This document shows positions 52,686-64,000 of a DNA stretch of 64,000 nt, one piece after another (positions within the stretch are counted from its first letter, which is position 1; each line of letters opens with the position of its first letter). A model generated the notes under the pieces. That model was not told where the DNA came from and ran no database searches. It worked only from the letters and a program-made list of their open reading frames with translations. The position numbers were made by a program, and so were the translations under genes. The DNA comes from Octopus sinensis (Eukaryota), in contig NC_043005.1 of the NCBI RefSeq assembly GCF_006345805.1, positions 84,382,001 through 84,446,000 on the forward strand. Reading direction: 5' to 3'.

Positions 52686-55059
52686 ATGTATGTGTGTGTA
52701 TGTATGCGTGTGTATACATGTCTATATATATGTGCACACACACACACATTTACACATATGCATATATACACATATGGTTTCCTGGTGACCCCTGAAACTT
52801 ACTGGCATCTGGTATGCAGAGCTTTCAGTTGGCAGGGCTTGCATAAGCAAGCTGTTTGACAGCGTGTATGTGTGTGTACGTGTATGTGTGTGTGCGTCTG
52901 TGTGTATGTGCATGCATGTATGTGTGTGTGTATGTGTGTACACACATATACAGACTCTCTTGCTGACACAGTTCCAGTGAAGAGAATGCAATAATCAGTG
53001 CAGATAAGGAAACGGTGAAAGAATGCTGGAGGTAAAAGTGGAGGCGTTGTTTAATGGTAAGATCACAAGACATGGTTTGTATCGGAATATTCTGTGTTCT
53101 TTAGTACACAAGACTTTTACAATCAGAAGGATTGTCCTCAACAATCTCATCTGGCGCCATCTGGTGCCATCTTCAGACAGAGTGATTGTAAACATAAGCA
53201 GAGCATTGATACAAAAGGTTTAATATTGTTGCTGTTGCTGTTTAGCTTTAGGTTTGTGCTGATCAAACAGACCGATAACGAAAGGCGTAACGAAAGGCAT
53301 CGGTTCCCCATCTCAAACCATCCCTCTCCCCATATACTTTTGTGACATCTATCCAGCCACAGTTCTAGTTCTTATGCCTCCATTCACTTCTATTCCCCTT
53401 CTGGTACCTTGAGGGCCCGCCCTGATTTAAATCACAACTTCCATCAAAATTCAATGCTAATTCATGATCCAAACACTAGCTTAATAATGACAGATATTTT
53501 ACAAAATCTTTCTCCATTTTCAAAATAAATTGGAACAAAGGCAGGGCATTTCAAGAGAAAAACAGTGCTAAAAGGGTGAAAAGAATTCAAATCAAAGCCT
53601 TCCATCAGAATTTCTTGTGTTCCAAACACAAGCTTAATAACGACAATTATTTTACAAAATTCTTTATTATTTTCAAAATAAATTGTAACAAAGGCAGTGC
53701 ATCTCAAAAGAAATATGGTAACAAAAGGATTAAAGACATTAAAAAAATATTTTTACTAAGATTAAAACACTAATAAGATATTTTGTTATCAGTAAGTTGA
53801 AACATAAACTAATGATGTACCAAAATCTAATATATTTTCATTCTATAAATACTCACCACTATTTTACATCTCCACTATTTCATATCTCTTTCCAGTTCCA
53901 TTCTGGCTACTTCTCACCTTCTCTTCTATCATGTGAGGTAGCCATGTAATTCCTCTCCAGCAAGAACCCTATTTCTTCTGGCCTAACCTCTCACACTTTA
54001 ACTTCTCACGTCTTAACACAATTCCACCTCAACCCTCTCTACTCTGCCTCCACTCGATTAAAAGGATCTTGCAAGCTGCATGGTATCCTCACCAATGCCA
54101 GGGTCCTGAAAGAAGAAGCACTCAATACACGAAATGTTGAGGCAAGGTTTTAATTTGGGTTACTTTAAAACAGGAATTTAAAGCACAGAACCAGGGATGG
54201 TCTCTGGCAGGTTGGGATCAAAGGGGTCAAATCCCACCCTACCATCATTAGATGATGTAATCTGGGATTTACTGGGATTAAATACCAAAAAGAGAGGATG
54301 GTCATGGCTCGGATGCCTTTGAAGATAAATTTTCTCAACCCTTTTCTGACCATATTTCTGTCAAGAAAGATTGCCTTTTTCATTTAATCAATTTTGAAAA
54401 TAGAAAATTTAAAATAACCATGTCCGTATTAATCTGATGTTTGAAACATAAGTTAACATGAAAATCTGATGAAAGGATTTAATTTAATTAATTCAAAAGA
54501 ACAATTTTGTATCATAGAACCAAGGTGGCTTCAGGTGGGTTGGTACCAAAAGAAATAAGGGGTTTTATTACATTTGTCTTTGAAAGTGTAGAACTACTGG
54601 ATAATTTGTTGACAGGAATTGGTTAACATAACTTTGCCATTGTTGCTTGAATGATTTTGTAACTGGTGTGAAAAAGGTAGAGCAAGCTGGCAATATGATG
54701 TTGAGGCTTTCATCCAGTTATGGATCAACAGTAACTGAATAGAATATTTTGGATAATTTAGTCTTAGATTTACAATGCCTACCACAAGACACACATGTGC
54801 AAAAAGGTAAAAAACCCACCATGGTGGGTGGCTGGATTGAATCTTATCATAGGTGGATGTAGCCAGGGCTGATCTGATGCTGCTTAACAATAACAACATC
54901 AACAATAACAGGCATACAGAAACAAAATTGGTTGTAGAGAAATACCATATATCAATATTGTTAAATCAAAATCAAAATCACTGACGTGGCCAATGACAGT
55001 ACTGCCTGATTTGCACTCATGTCATTGGAATGTTAAAAGCACATCTGAACATGGGGTGT

Positions 55060-55630
55060 AACTGGCCCACTTATGAGTACCCCTCATTCATTGGACAATG
55101 AACTTTGCTTGCAAAGGCCTATTGAGGCAAGTGTATACAAATCAAAATCGCTGATGACAGTACTACTTGATTGGCACTTGTGCAAGTGGAACGTTAAAAG
55201 CACATCCGAGCATGATTGTTGCCAGCTCCACGGATTGGCTCCCATGCCAGTGACATGTGAAAAGCAACATTTGAGTGTTATTGTTGCCAGCATCGCTTTA
55301 CAGGCACATATGCTGGTGGCATGTGAAAAACATTTGAGCATGGTCGTTGCCAGTGCAGCTGGACTGGCTCCCATGTAGGTAGCATGTAAAAATACCTTTT
55401 GAGCGTGGTCGTTGCCAGAACTACCTGGCTGGCCCTCATGCCATTGGCACATTAAAAGCACACACTACACTCTCAGAGTGGTTGGCATTAGGAAAGGCAT
55501 CCAGCTGTAGAAACCTTGCCAGATCAGATTGAGCCTGGTGCAGCCTCTGACTCAACAGTCCTCAGTCAAACCATCCAACCCATGCCAGCATGGAAGGTGG
55601 ACGTAAAACGATGATGATGATGATGATGAT
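55060..55630 (+). mobile_element. RTE 3'UTR fragment with expanded subrepeat array
   Basis: Multiple diverged ..GGCACATG/GTAAAAGCAC units, then the standard terminus. Confidence 0.7.
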
Positions 55631-56397
55631 GTTACACTGCACCTCATTTCCATACGATTCCTCATTGCCATACATAGAACCCAATCCTGAAATCTATGGC
55701 TTGTGTTTAGTTCTTTTACAAACAACCTGTGTGTAGACATCTGCTTGAACAAGGCTGAACTGTTAAAATCAATAAAAGTGGGATCCATTGTTTTGGGTAG
55801 GAATGACAATAGAAAAGGTGAAGTGGGGAATCAATGCCAAGAACAGTTGATACTTGCGGCACTGTGGGGGTGTTTGTGTATGTAAATGAATGTATGTGTT
55901 TATGTGCTGATGCCACATAAAAATGCATCCAGGCCACTCTGTAAAGTGGTTGGCATTAGAAAGGACATCTAGGCACAGAAGCCATGCCAAAACAGACAGC
56001 AAAGCATGGTGCAGTCTTCTGGCTTGCCAGCTCCTGTCAAACTGTCCAACCAATGCCAGCATGGAAAATGGGCATTAAATGATGATGATGATGATCATGA
56101 TGATATATATATATTTTATTATTTTGTTTAGGCATATCAATACTAACAACCTGGTGCTAGAACTTAATATACATATGCTTCAGAACAAAGTGTCAATCAA
56201 ATACAGAGTGTTATAAGAAATTAGAATGACTTTATTTCTGAAGCTTTGGTGAAGCTATAGGATGATACTCAAGCATTCAACTAAAAGTGCATTGCATCTT
56301 ATAGCAGAAACAACTGTTAGCTAATGAAGCTCAGGACATAATTTCTTATTCCTTCCTCATTCTAATTTCACATGGATGGAGGGATATTTGTACGTAT

Positions 56398-56556
56398 ACA
56401 ATTCTATATTTAAGAGATGCAGAATTATTTACTTTATTTACATTTGACAGATATTTGTCCTCATCTTGTTTGTTGTTAACACAACGTTTCAGGTGTCTTG
56501 GGGGAAATTTCGAACCTGGGTTCTCATTCTTAAGGTATTTTTCAATGTTATTATTA

Positions 56557-56598
<42 letters not shown>

Positions 56599-56719
56599 CA
56601 TTATTGTTCAGGTCACTGCTTGGAATCAAACTCAGAATCTTGAGGTTAGTAGCCCGTGCTCTTAACCGCAATGCCATATGCCCATGGGCAAAGTTCTGAG
56701 TTCGATTCCAGGCAGTGAC

Positions 56720-56772
<53 letters not shown>

Positions 56773-56915
56773 TAATAATAATAATAATAATAATAACAAC
56801 AACATCGAAAAATACTTTAGGAATGAGAACCCAAGTTTGAAATTTCCCCAGGACTCCTGAAATGTGTTAATAACAAACAAGATGAGGACAAATATCTGTC
56901 AAATGTAAATAATGT
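56398..56915. mobile_element. Palindromic tRNA-head/hammerhead-tail retroelement, copy 2 (HHR stem II deleted in both arms)
   Basis: Same arms as copy 1; putative TSD ATATTTGTA(C/T)GT at 56384-56395 and 56916-56927. Confidence 0.8.
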
Positions 56916-58663
56916 ATATTTGTATGTTATGTTTAAGAACTGTGTCAAGTCCTTATTAAAAGCCTGTGATATGCCGGAGACTGACTAGAAGAACAATGCC
57001 TGTCATCACCACAGATGGAGGAAGCAGGTTAAGGAGTGGGGTTGACACCTTTGAGGGAGCATGTATTCTGCATGAATAATTTAAGTGTGATGCTTGAAAG
57101 TGTACTCCTGGTGTGGTGAATGGGGGAAAGCTTGGTTTGCAATGTTTGCAGTCGTGTATGCTTGTCAGTCAAGAGCAGGGTTCATTAGCCACCAATGGAG
57201 CCGCAAATGCAAAATATAAGTTAGTCCTAGAGCGCACAATGTTCCTGAAAGTCAGCAATGGTCTTCTTCGATCACGAGTGGATGGCCATTGTCATGTATG
57301 CATGCATATATGTATGTATACAAATGCCTATAGATATATTTACACATACACTAATACACATACATATATATATATATACGAAGATACATATAATTATACA
57401 TAGACATATGTATAATTATATGTATCAAAATATGTATCTACGGTAACTATATAAATGAACGGCCAGATTAAAGGAATGGCACAATGAAAAGATGGATATA
57501 AAAGAAGAGACGAGATGAATGAATCAGAAGTAGATTGCAGAAGTAATGTAGAAGAATGATGACGGTGGCGGTGGTGAGAATGAAGATGATGATGGTGGTG
57601 GTGGTGGTGGAGGTGGGGGTGATAATGGTGATGACGATAATATGCTGACAACTGTTGAGATGTAAATGATGACATTACCTCTGATTTCTACAACAAAGGG
57701 AGCTAATGGATAAAAGTTGAGATGATGATACAACCAATGATGACATACATATACATACATGCACACACACACTCACACATGTTATATTCTTTTCTTTTGC
57801 TTGTTTCAGTTATTAGACTACGACCATTCTGGAGCATTGACTTGAAGAATTTTTAGCCAGATCAATAAACCCCAATACTTATGGTTCTTTTAAGTCTGGG
57901 ACTTATTCTATCAGTCTCTTTTGCTGAACCACTAAGTTATGGGGACTTAAGCACATCAGCATCAGTTCTCAAGTGATGGTGGGAGATAAACACACACACA
58001 CACACATGACAAGCTTCTTTTAGTTTCCCTCTACCAATTCCATGCATGAGGCTTATAGAAGAAGACACTTGTCCACAGTAGGATTGAACCCAGAAGTATG
58101 TGGTTGGAAAGCAAGCTTCTTACCACACAGCCATGCCTGCACCTTGTGTACATACATACACACATGTAGATTTATACACACATACACACACACATGCATG
58201 TGTACATGCAGATGAAGGCATATGAATATAGAGGCACACTTTGATACTGAGTCACATATTGATCTGGATGAGCCCCACATGTGTCGATAAGCACACAAAC
58301 ACACACACACATACACACACAATTATACACACTTACACAAGCATATGTGTTGACCACATGTATCAAAATGTTTTTAATGTACATGGCAAGCACATTAGAA
58401 ATGCATAGCCATGTTCATATAGATACAGGTGCCACAAAAGGTGAAATTAATTGATGCCAAGATATCTGTTATTTACTTTGCAAAGGTAAGGCCTATTTTT
58501 ATCATATTCACTGCATTATCCCTGAATGTTTACTTATTGTGAAAGATTTGTGGTTTTGGGGTGTTGACTCTTATTTCTAGCAAACTGGTATTCCGGTACT
58601 CTTATTTATTTGTATACATTTTACCTATTTAGGTTAAGCTTGCTGGTCACTTTATCATTATTA

Positions 58664-59229
58664 TTGGGTTGTCCGGAAAGTTTGTGCTGATTTTTAAATG
58701 AAAGAAAAAAGTCAATAAATACTTGCCATTACATTTTTAATCAACCAAATATGAACCATTTTGTTGCACAATGCGTCTCCATCTTTCCTTTAACTTGAAA
58801 ATACCCTCTTCCCAGAATTGAGGTGGTTTCATCGCAAAGAATTCATCAAGGTATCTTTTTACGTCATCCAAGGAATTGAAATTTGTACCATTAAGACTAT
58901 TCTGCAGAGACCTGAATAAGTGGAAATCCGAAGGAGCAATATCTGGTGAATATGGAGGATGGGGTAACACATCCCAGCCGAGCTACAGCAAATTTTGTCT
59001 GGTTCCCAAAGCATCAAGTGCCGAAAATGAATTTTCTTATCTGCCATTTTAAAGGGTTACAGAATTAAAACAGGTTATAGGAACATAAGCCTTCTTCCAC
59101 GAAAAGATAGCTTAAACTGTGCTCTAAATGGAGGTGTAGTCAAATCCTATTTTATAGACTCAACCATGTTCTAAAATAAGTCGAAAGCTAAGCTACTATA
59201 AATCGGCACGAACTTGCTGGACAACCCAA
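58664..59229 (-). mobile_element. Internally deleted mariner (DD34D-type) element with both TIRs
   Basis: TIRs TTGGGTTGTCCGGAAAGTTTGTGCTGATTT and AAATCGGCACGAACTTGCTGGACAACCCAA; MADKKIHFRHLMLWE joined to GWDVLPHPPYSPDIAPSDFHLFRSL. Confidence 0.9.
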
Positions 59230-59581
59230 TATTAAATTAAATAAGGGTGATAATACTTTATTATTATTATTATTGTTATTATATATATATAACAGCATGG
59301 TCACAGTTTTGAGCTGAAACTAATATATATATATACATATATATAACACACACAAACACAGATGTAATATTCAAAGATACGCACACACGTATTATATATA
59401 CACACATATATGAACATATCTGCAAATAAGTTCATATATACATATACATTCATATCGACATACACATGCATGTACATACACACTCACACACACAAATATA
59501 TATATATGCATTGTTATAAGTACATACATTCACATACATATCATATTATTAAGTATTCCCATACATATTTATACGCAGCAT

Positions 59582-59631
<50 letters not shown>

Positions 59632-59860
59632 TATACATAAATATATAGATATATATCCATTTGGTTGCTAAGCAACAAAGGAAACCTCTCATAAATGAAT
59701 GAAATCTCAAGGTGTATCTCTGATGATGTCAGTGGCAGATTCTTGATTGACTGGTGATTAAAGATTGGCTGAAAATCATTAGAACTATCAAACTTTATAG
59801 CATTGCCAAAGTCATTGTGTGAGAAGGTGTGTGTGTGTGTGGTGTGTGTGTGTGTATGTA

Positions 59861-59910
<50 letters not shown>

Positions 59911-59912
<2 letters not shown>

Positions 59913-60311
59913 CTATTTGCTCTTTTACTCTATTTGTTTCCGTCATTTGACTGTGGCCATGCTGGAGCACCACCTTTGGTTGAGCAAATCAACCTCAGGA
60001 CTTATTCTTTGTAAGCCTAGTGCTTATTTTATTGGTCTCTTTCGCCAAACTGCTAGATTACAGTGACGTAAACACACCAACATCTATTGTCAAGTGATGG
60101 GGGTGGCGCAAACACACACACTCACGCACACACACATATATGTATATATGATGGGCTTCTTTCAGTTTCCATCTACCAAATCCACTCACAAGGCTTTGGT
60201 CAGTCCAAGGATATAGTAGATGACACTTACTCAAGGTTCCACACAGTGGGACTGAACCCAGAACGATGTGGCTGAGAAGCAAGCTTCTTACCACACAGCC
60301 ATGCCTGCGCC
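59911..60311 (-). mobile_element. CORE-type SINE (family A)
   Basis: Near full-length reverse-complement copy. Confidence 0.8.
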
Positions 60312-60411
60312 AATATAGATATATATATTTATTCATACGCACACATACCTAAACACAGACACCCCACCACACATACACACACATAGACATACATACATAT
60401 TTATATATATA

Positions 60412-60793
60412 CTAGCAGTATCGCCCGGCATTGCTCGGGTTTGTAAGGGAAATAACTATATAAGCATTTTTAGAGATGTAAAGTATAATAGCCATCTCAA
60501 TATGGCTAACCACAAGGGGGGGGGGGGTGTTACTGTAGCTTTTTACGTTCTGAGATTTAATAATAATTTTTTAGAGAGTTACTTCCCTTATATATGTCAA
60601 AAATGCATTAAAAATGGGAAAAATTGATGGTAAATTATTTTTTAAATCGTAGACTCATCGTAGAAGGGCTCGATATGAATCACGACTATAAGAAACCCGG
60701 TTTTGGTTAAACTGCACCGCAAAATGTGGGAGTAGTTAGGAATCTAAATCGTAGGAGACAGACAGCACACAACCTCACTTTTATATATAAAGA
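60412..60793 (-). mobile_element. Non-autonomous Helitron, same family as 19630-20135
   Basis: Minus strand A|TCTTTATATATAAAA .. CCCGAGCAATGCCGGGCGATACTGCTAG|T. Confidence 0.85.
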
Positions 60794-61324
60794 TATATGC
60801 ACACACACACACACATGTGCGTGTAAACACACACATATATATAAACATGTAAATGCACACAAAGTAGTGAATATATATGCATACATGTACACACATGTAC
60901 ATACAGAAATGGACATGTATGTATGTATGTGTGTGTGTGTATGTAATGTATGTATGTATGTATGTATGTATGTATGTATGTATGTATGTATGTATGTATG
61001 TATGTATGTATGTATGTATGTATGTATGTATGTATGTATGTATGTATGTATGTATGTATGTATGTTTGTAAAAGGGCACTTATGTATGTCTCTATCAGCA
61101 GAATGAAATAGCAGAAACATGTAAAATGAGTTCTTTGAGAGCCTGATATTTTTTTTTCTAGTTTGGCAAGAAATAGGAATAATTTGGAGATAAGTTTGCT
61201 CTTGAGGAAAACGAAGAAATGCCAGGTTCATACTGATCGACACTTGATGCCAACTTGTAAGAACAGAATGGTGTCAATCTGATGGTTTTAAACATATTCA
61301 TACTCACTAACACAAACACTTGTG

Positions 61325-61373
<49 letters not shown>

Positions 61374-61394
61374 GTGTGTGTGTGTGTATATATG

Positions 61395-61426
<32 letters not shown>

Positions 61427-61615
61427 TCCACACACACTAACACATGTAATGTACGGATACATAATTTTATATACATATGTGTGTGTCTTTCTCTCTCTAT
61501 CCCCCCCCCTCAGTCTCTCTCTCTCTATATATATATATATATAAAATTATGTATCCGTACATTACATGTGTTAGTGTGTGCGTATGTGTGTATATATATA
61601 TATATATATTAATTT

Positions 61616-61657
<42 letters not shown>

Positions 61658-62489
61658 CACACACATATATATACTAAGGTAATTAGTTCAATTCTTGGCA
61701 ACGCCTTGTGTCCTTGAGCAAGACACTTTATTTCACGCTGCTACAGTTCACTCAGCTGGCAAAAATAAGTAGTACCTTTATTTCAAAGGGCCAGTCTTAT
61801 CACACTTTATGTCACACTGAAACTTCCTGAGAACTATGTTCAAGGTACACGTGTCTGTGTAGTGCTCCAGGCTTCAGTCTGATCTGGCAGTATTTCTACA
61901 GCTGGATGCCCTTCCTAATGCCAACCACTCCGTGAGTGTAGTGGGTGCTTTTTACATGCCACTGGCACAGGTGCCAGAGAGGCTGGCAGCAGTCACAATT
62001 GGTTGGTGCTTTTTATGTGCTACCGGCACAGAAGCCAGTCAAGGTGGTGCTGGCATCAGCCACGTTCGGATGGTGCTTTTTACATGCCACCGGCACAGGT
62101 ATCACAACTACAATTTCCATTTGATATTTATTTTGATTAAACTGATGGCATTTAAAAGGGACCCAGCACCCTCTGTAAAGTGACTGGCCTTAGGAAGGGT
62201 GTCCTATCATAGAAACCATGCCACAGCAGACAATTGGAGCCTGCTCAGCTCCTTGGCTGGTCAGCTCCTTGGCTGGTCAGCTCCTTGGCTGGTCAGCTCC
62301 TGCCAAACTGTCCAATACATGCCCTAATGGAAAGAGGACGTTAAATGATGATGATGATGATGATGATGATATATGGCCTAGTTCTCTGTTGGTTATGACA
62401 ACAAGCATTCCAGTTGATTCAATCAAAGGAACAGCCTGCTAGGGAAATTAACGTACAAGTGGTTGAGTACTCCACAGACACACGTGTAC

Positions 62490-64000
62490 CCTCAATGCAA
62501 AAAAATGAAAGAAAAAGAGAATTTAACATCGTTATGCAATTCTAATAAAACCTTTGTGTTCTTGAACAAAAAAAATACCTTTTCAGCAAAGCCACAACAG
62601 TGTAATAACATAACTCACATTTCCAAAATATCTAATATTTACGTAACTTCATAAATCTGGAAGCAAAAGAAATTGTAATCACACTTAAAACAGATGAAAG
62701 AGTACAGCATTTATCGGCATGCATACCATCACTTAATGATCATCTTTAAACACTGATTAATCAGACCTATAAAAACTGAATTAGACATAATTAGCAAGTT
62801 TAGCAATGATATCTGAGATTCAATTATACTCAGAATAAAAGTCATTATATATTCTTCCATCGTGAAAGTGTGTCAGTAACGGAATGGTTCTGATAGACTG
62901 ATTTGTTTTGGCAGACTTAGCAACAATCAACACTGCAAATTTACTTAATTTGATAACCTAAAATTTCATCTGTCTATAGCCGAACCTCTTCTCAAATCTC
63001 AACTGTTTGCCGACAGCATTGAGACAATCACTGATACTGGCGTTTACCTGTAATTATGTACCTTCTGTTTGCTTTTTGAAAATGTAACCAAGGTTAAAAG
63101 TACCCTGCCACCCAGACAATTTGATGATTGTGCAAGATTTTCCAGAGGGGTAGAATTATGCAACATTGTTAGAATGTATATTTTGGATATTTTGCAATAA
63201 AATGGTTTCTTTACATTCCAAAGTGAGATATATAGAGACGGTGTTTTGTTTTTAGCTCCATGCAATATAAACAATTATGATTTAGAGAGATTTAGAAAAG
63301 ACCTAATAAAACTGTTTGGTGAAACAGGTTTAACAATTACAGTTGTATTACTGCTAAAGGATTAAATTTTTGCATAGTACCTTGAACTTTGATATTAGTA
63401 AATTTTTACCATTGCTAAAAACCTAATAAAAGATTATTTTTTATTGATTCTGTTCACCCACCCAACATTCTTAGTTAAAATATATCCTAATTATTCTCAG
63501 ATGAAGCTATACTTATTATTATTGTAGATGAAGCATTTGATAATAACGACTCTACATACAAAATGTGATGTAAAACTCAGTTTAATGTTTCTTGGCATAA
63601 AAATAGACCAAAAAATACTTTATGGTATAACCCAGTGCATAATTTAACCCTTTAACTGCCCACACCTATCCTGCAATGTCTTTTTAAAAATAAACCATCA
63701 TATCATCAAATCCTTAAAGCTGTGAAATAATATCTGATTAATTCAAAACAATTTGAATAAATAAGCTTTACATTTGACAGAGTAATTTGGATGTTAAAGG
63801 CTAAATGTATTACTAGACTGTTCTTAAATTCTATATATTTCCATTTTCATATGAACAAGAAATATCATCAGATATTTAATAAAAATTCAATTAAGGTAAG
63901 CTTCACTTTTAAAAGTTTCAAAGTTCAGTTCATCATTTCAATTCCAAGTCTTTCTAACAACAATAACAGTTTCTATTTGTAACTGAACTGCTTCCGTAAA
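62490..64000 (+). pseudogene. Degenerate Penelope-like element RT/thumb/linker (Naiad-like motif set)
   Basis: LNDHL..LINQT..ELDIISK..Q*RN..FT*FD..FHLSIAEPLL..FDD..GVELCNIV.MYILD..YRDG..LERFRKDLIKLFGETGLTIT..KFLHSTLNF..KPN..HPPNI..LWYNP..YHQIFNKNSIKVSF; many stops and frameshifts. Confidence 0.75.
63648..63801. mobile_element. piggyBac-like MITE inserted in the PLE ORF
   Basis: TTAA|CCCTTTAAC..GTTAAAGGC|TAA; PLE motifs resume on either side. Confidence 0.7.

Noticed and set aside
62619-62656. Minus-strand exon-like signals
   Set aside because: Stops in all frames, and antisense within the PLE fossil.
63256-63345. NYDLERFRKDLIKLFGETG resembling dynein AAA4
   Set aside because: Better explained as part of the collinear PLE RT motif series; no P-loop.
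1-64000. CRISPR arrays, rRNA, prokaryotic systems
   Set aside because: No regularly spaced repeat-spacer array or rRNA-like sequence; eukaryotic repeat landscape.

Overview
AT-rich, microsatellite-dense eukaryotic DNA. The SINE/RTE repertoire resembles that of Octopus (inference). No protein-coding gene can be supported with confidence; the listed ORFs are microsatellite read-throughs or transposon relics. Recognisable content: tRNA-headed SINE families, many RTE-LINE 3' ends with (GAT)n tails, a second RTE RT C-terminus, four RLE-type (R4/Dong-like) LINE fragments, internally deleted DD37D (maT) and mariner elements, two non-autonomous Helitrons, piggyBac-like TTAA MITEs, a degenerate Penelope-like RT (about 62.5-64 kb) and several Penelope-type minimal hammerhead ribozyme (HHR) motifs. 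The most unusual structure is a head-to-head palindromic element present twice (51.1-51.6 kb and 56.4-56.9 kb). Each arm is a tRNA-like Pol III head, (TAA)n and a hammerhead-bearing tail, and each copy is flanked by a ~12-bp target-site duplication (TSD). It is a candidate SINE-like partner of Penelope-like elements (PLEs). Coordinates were read by eye and may be a few bases off.
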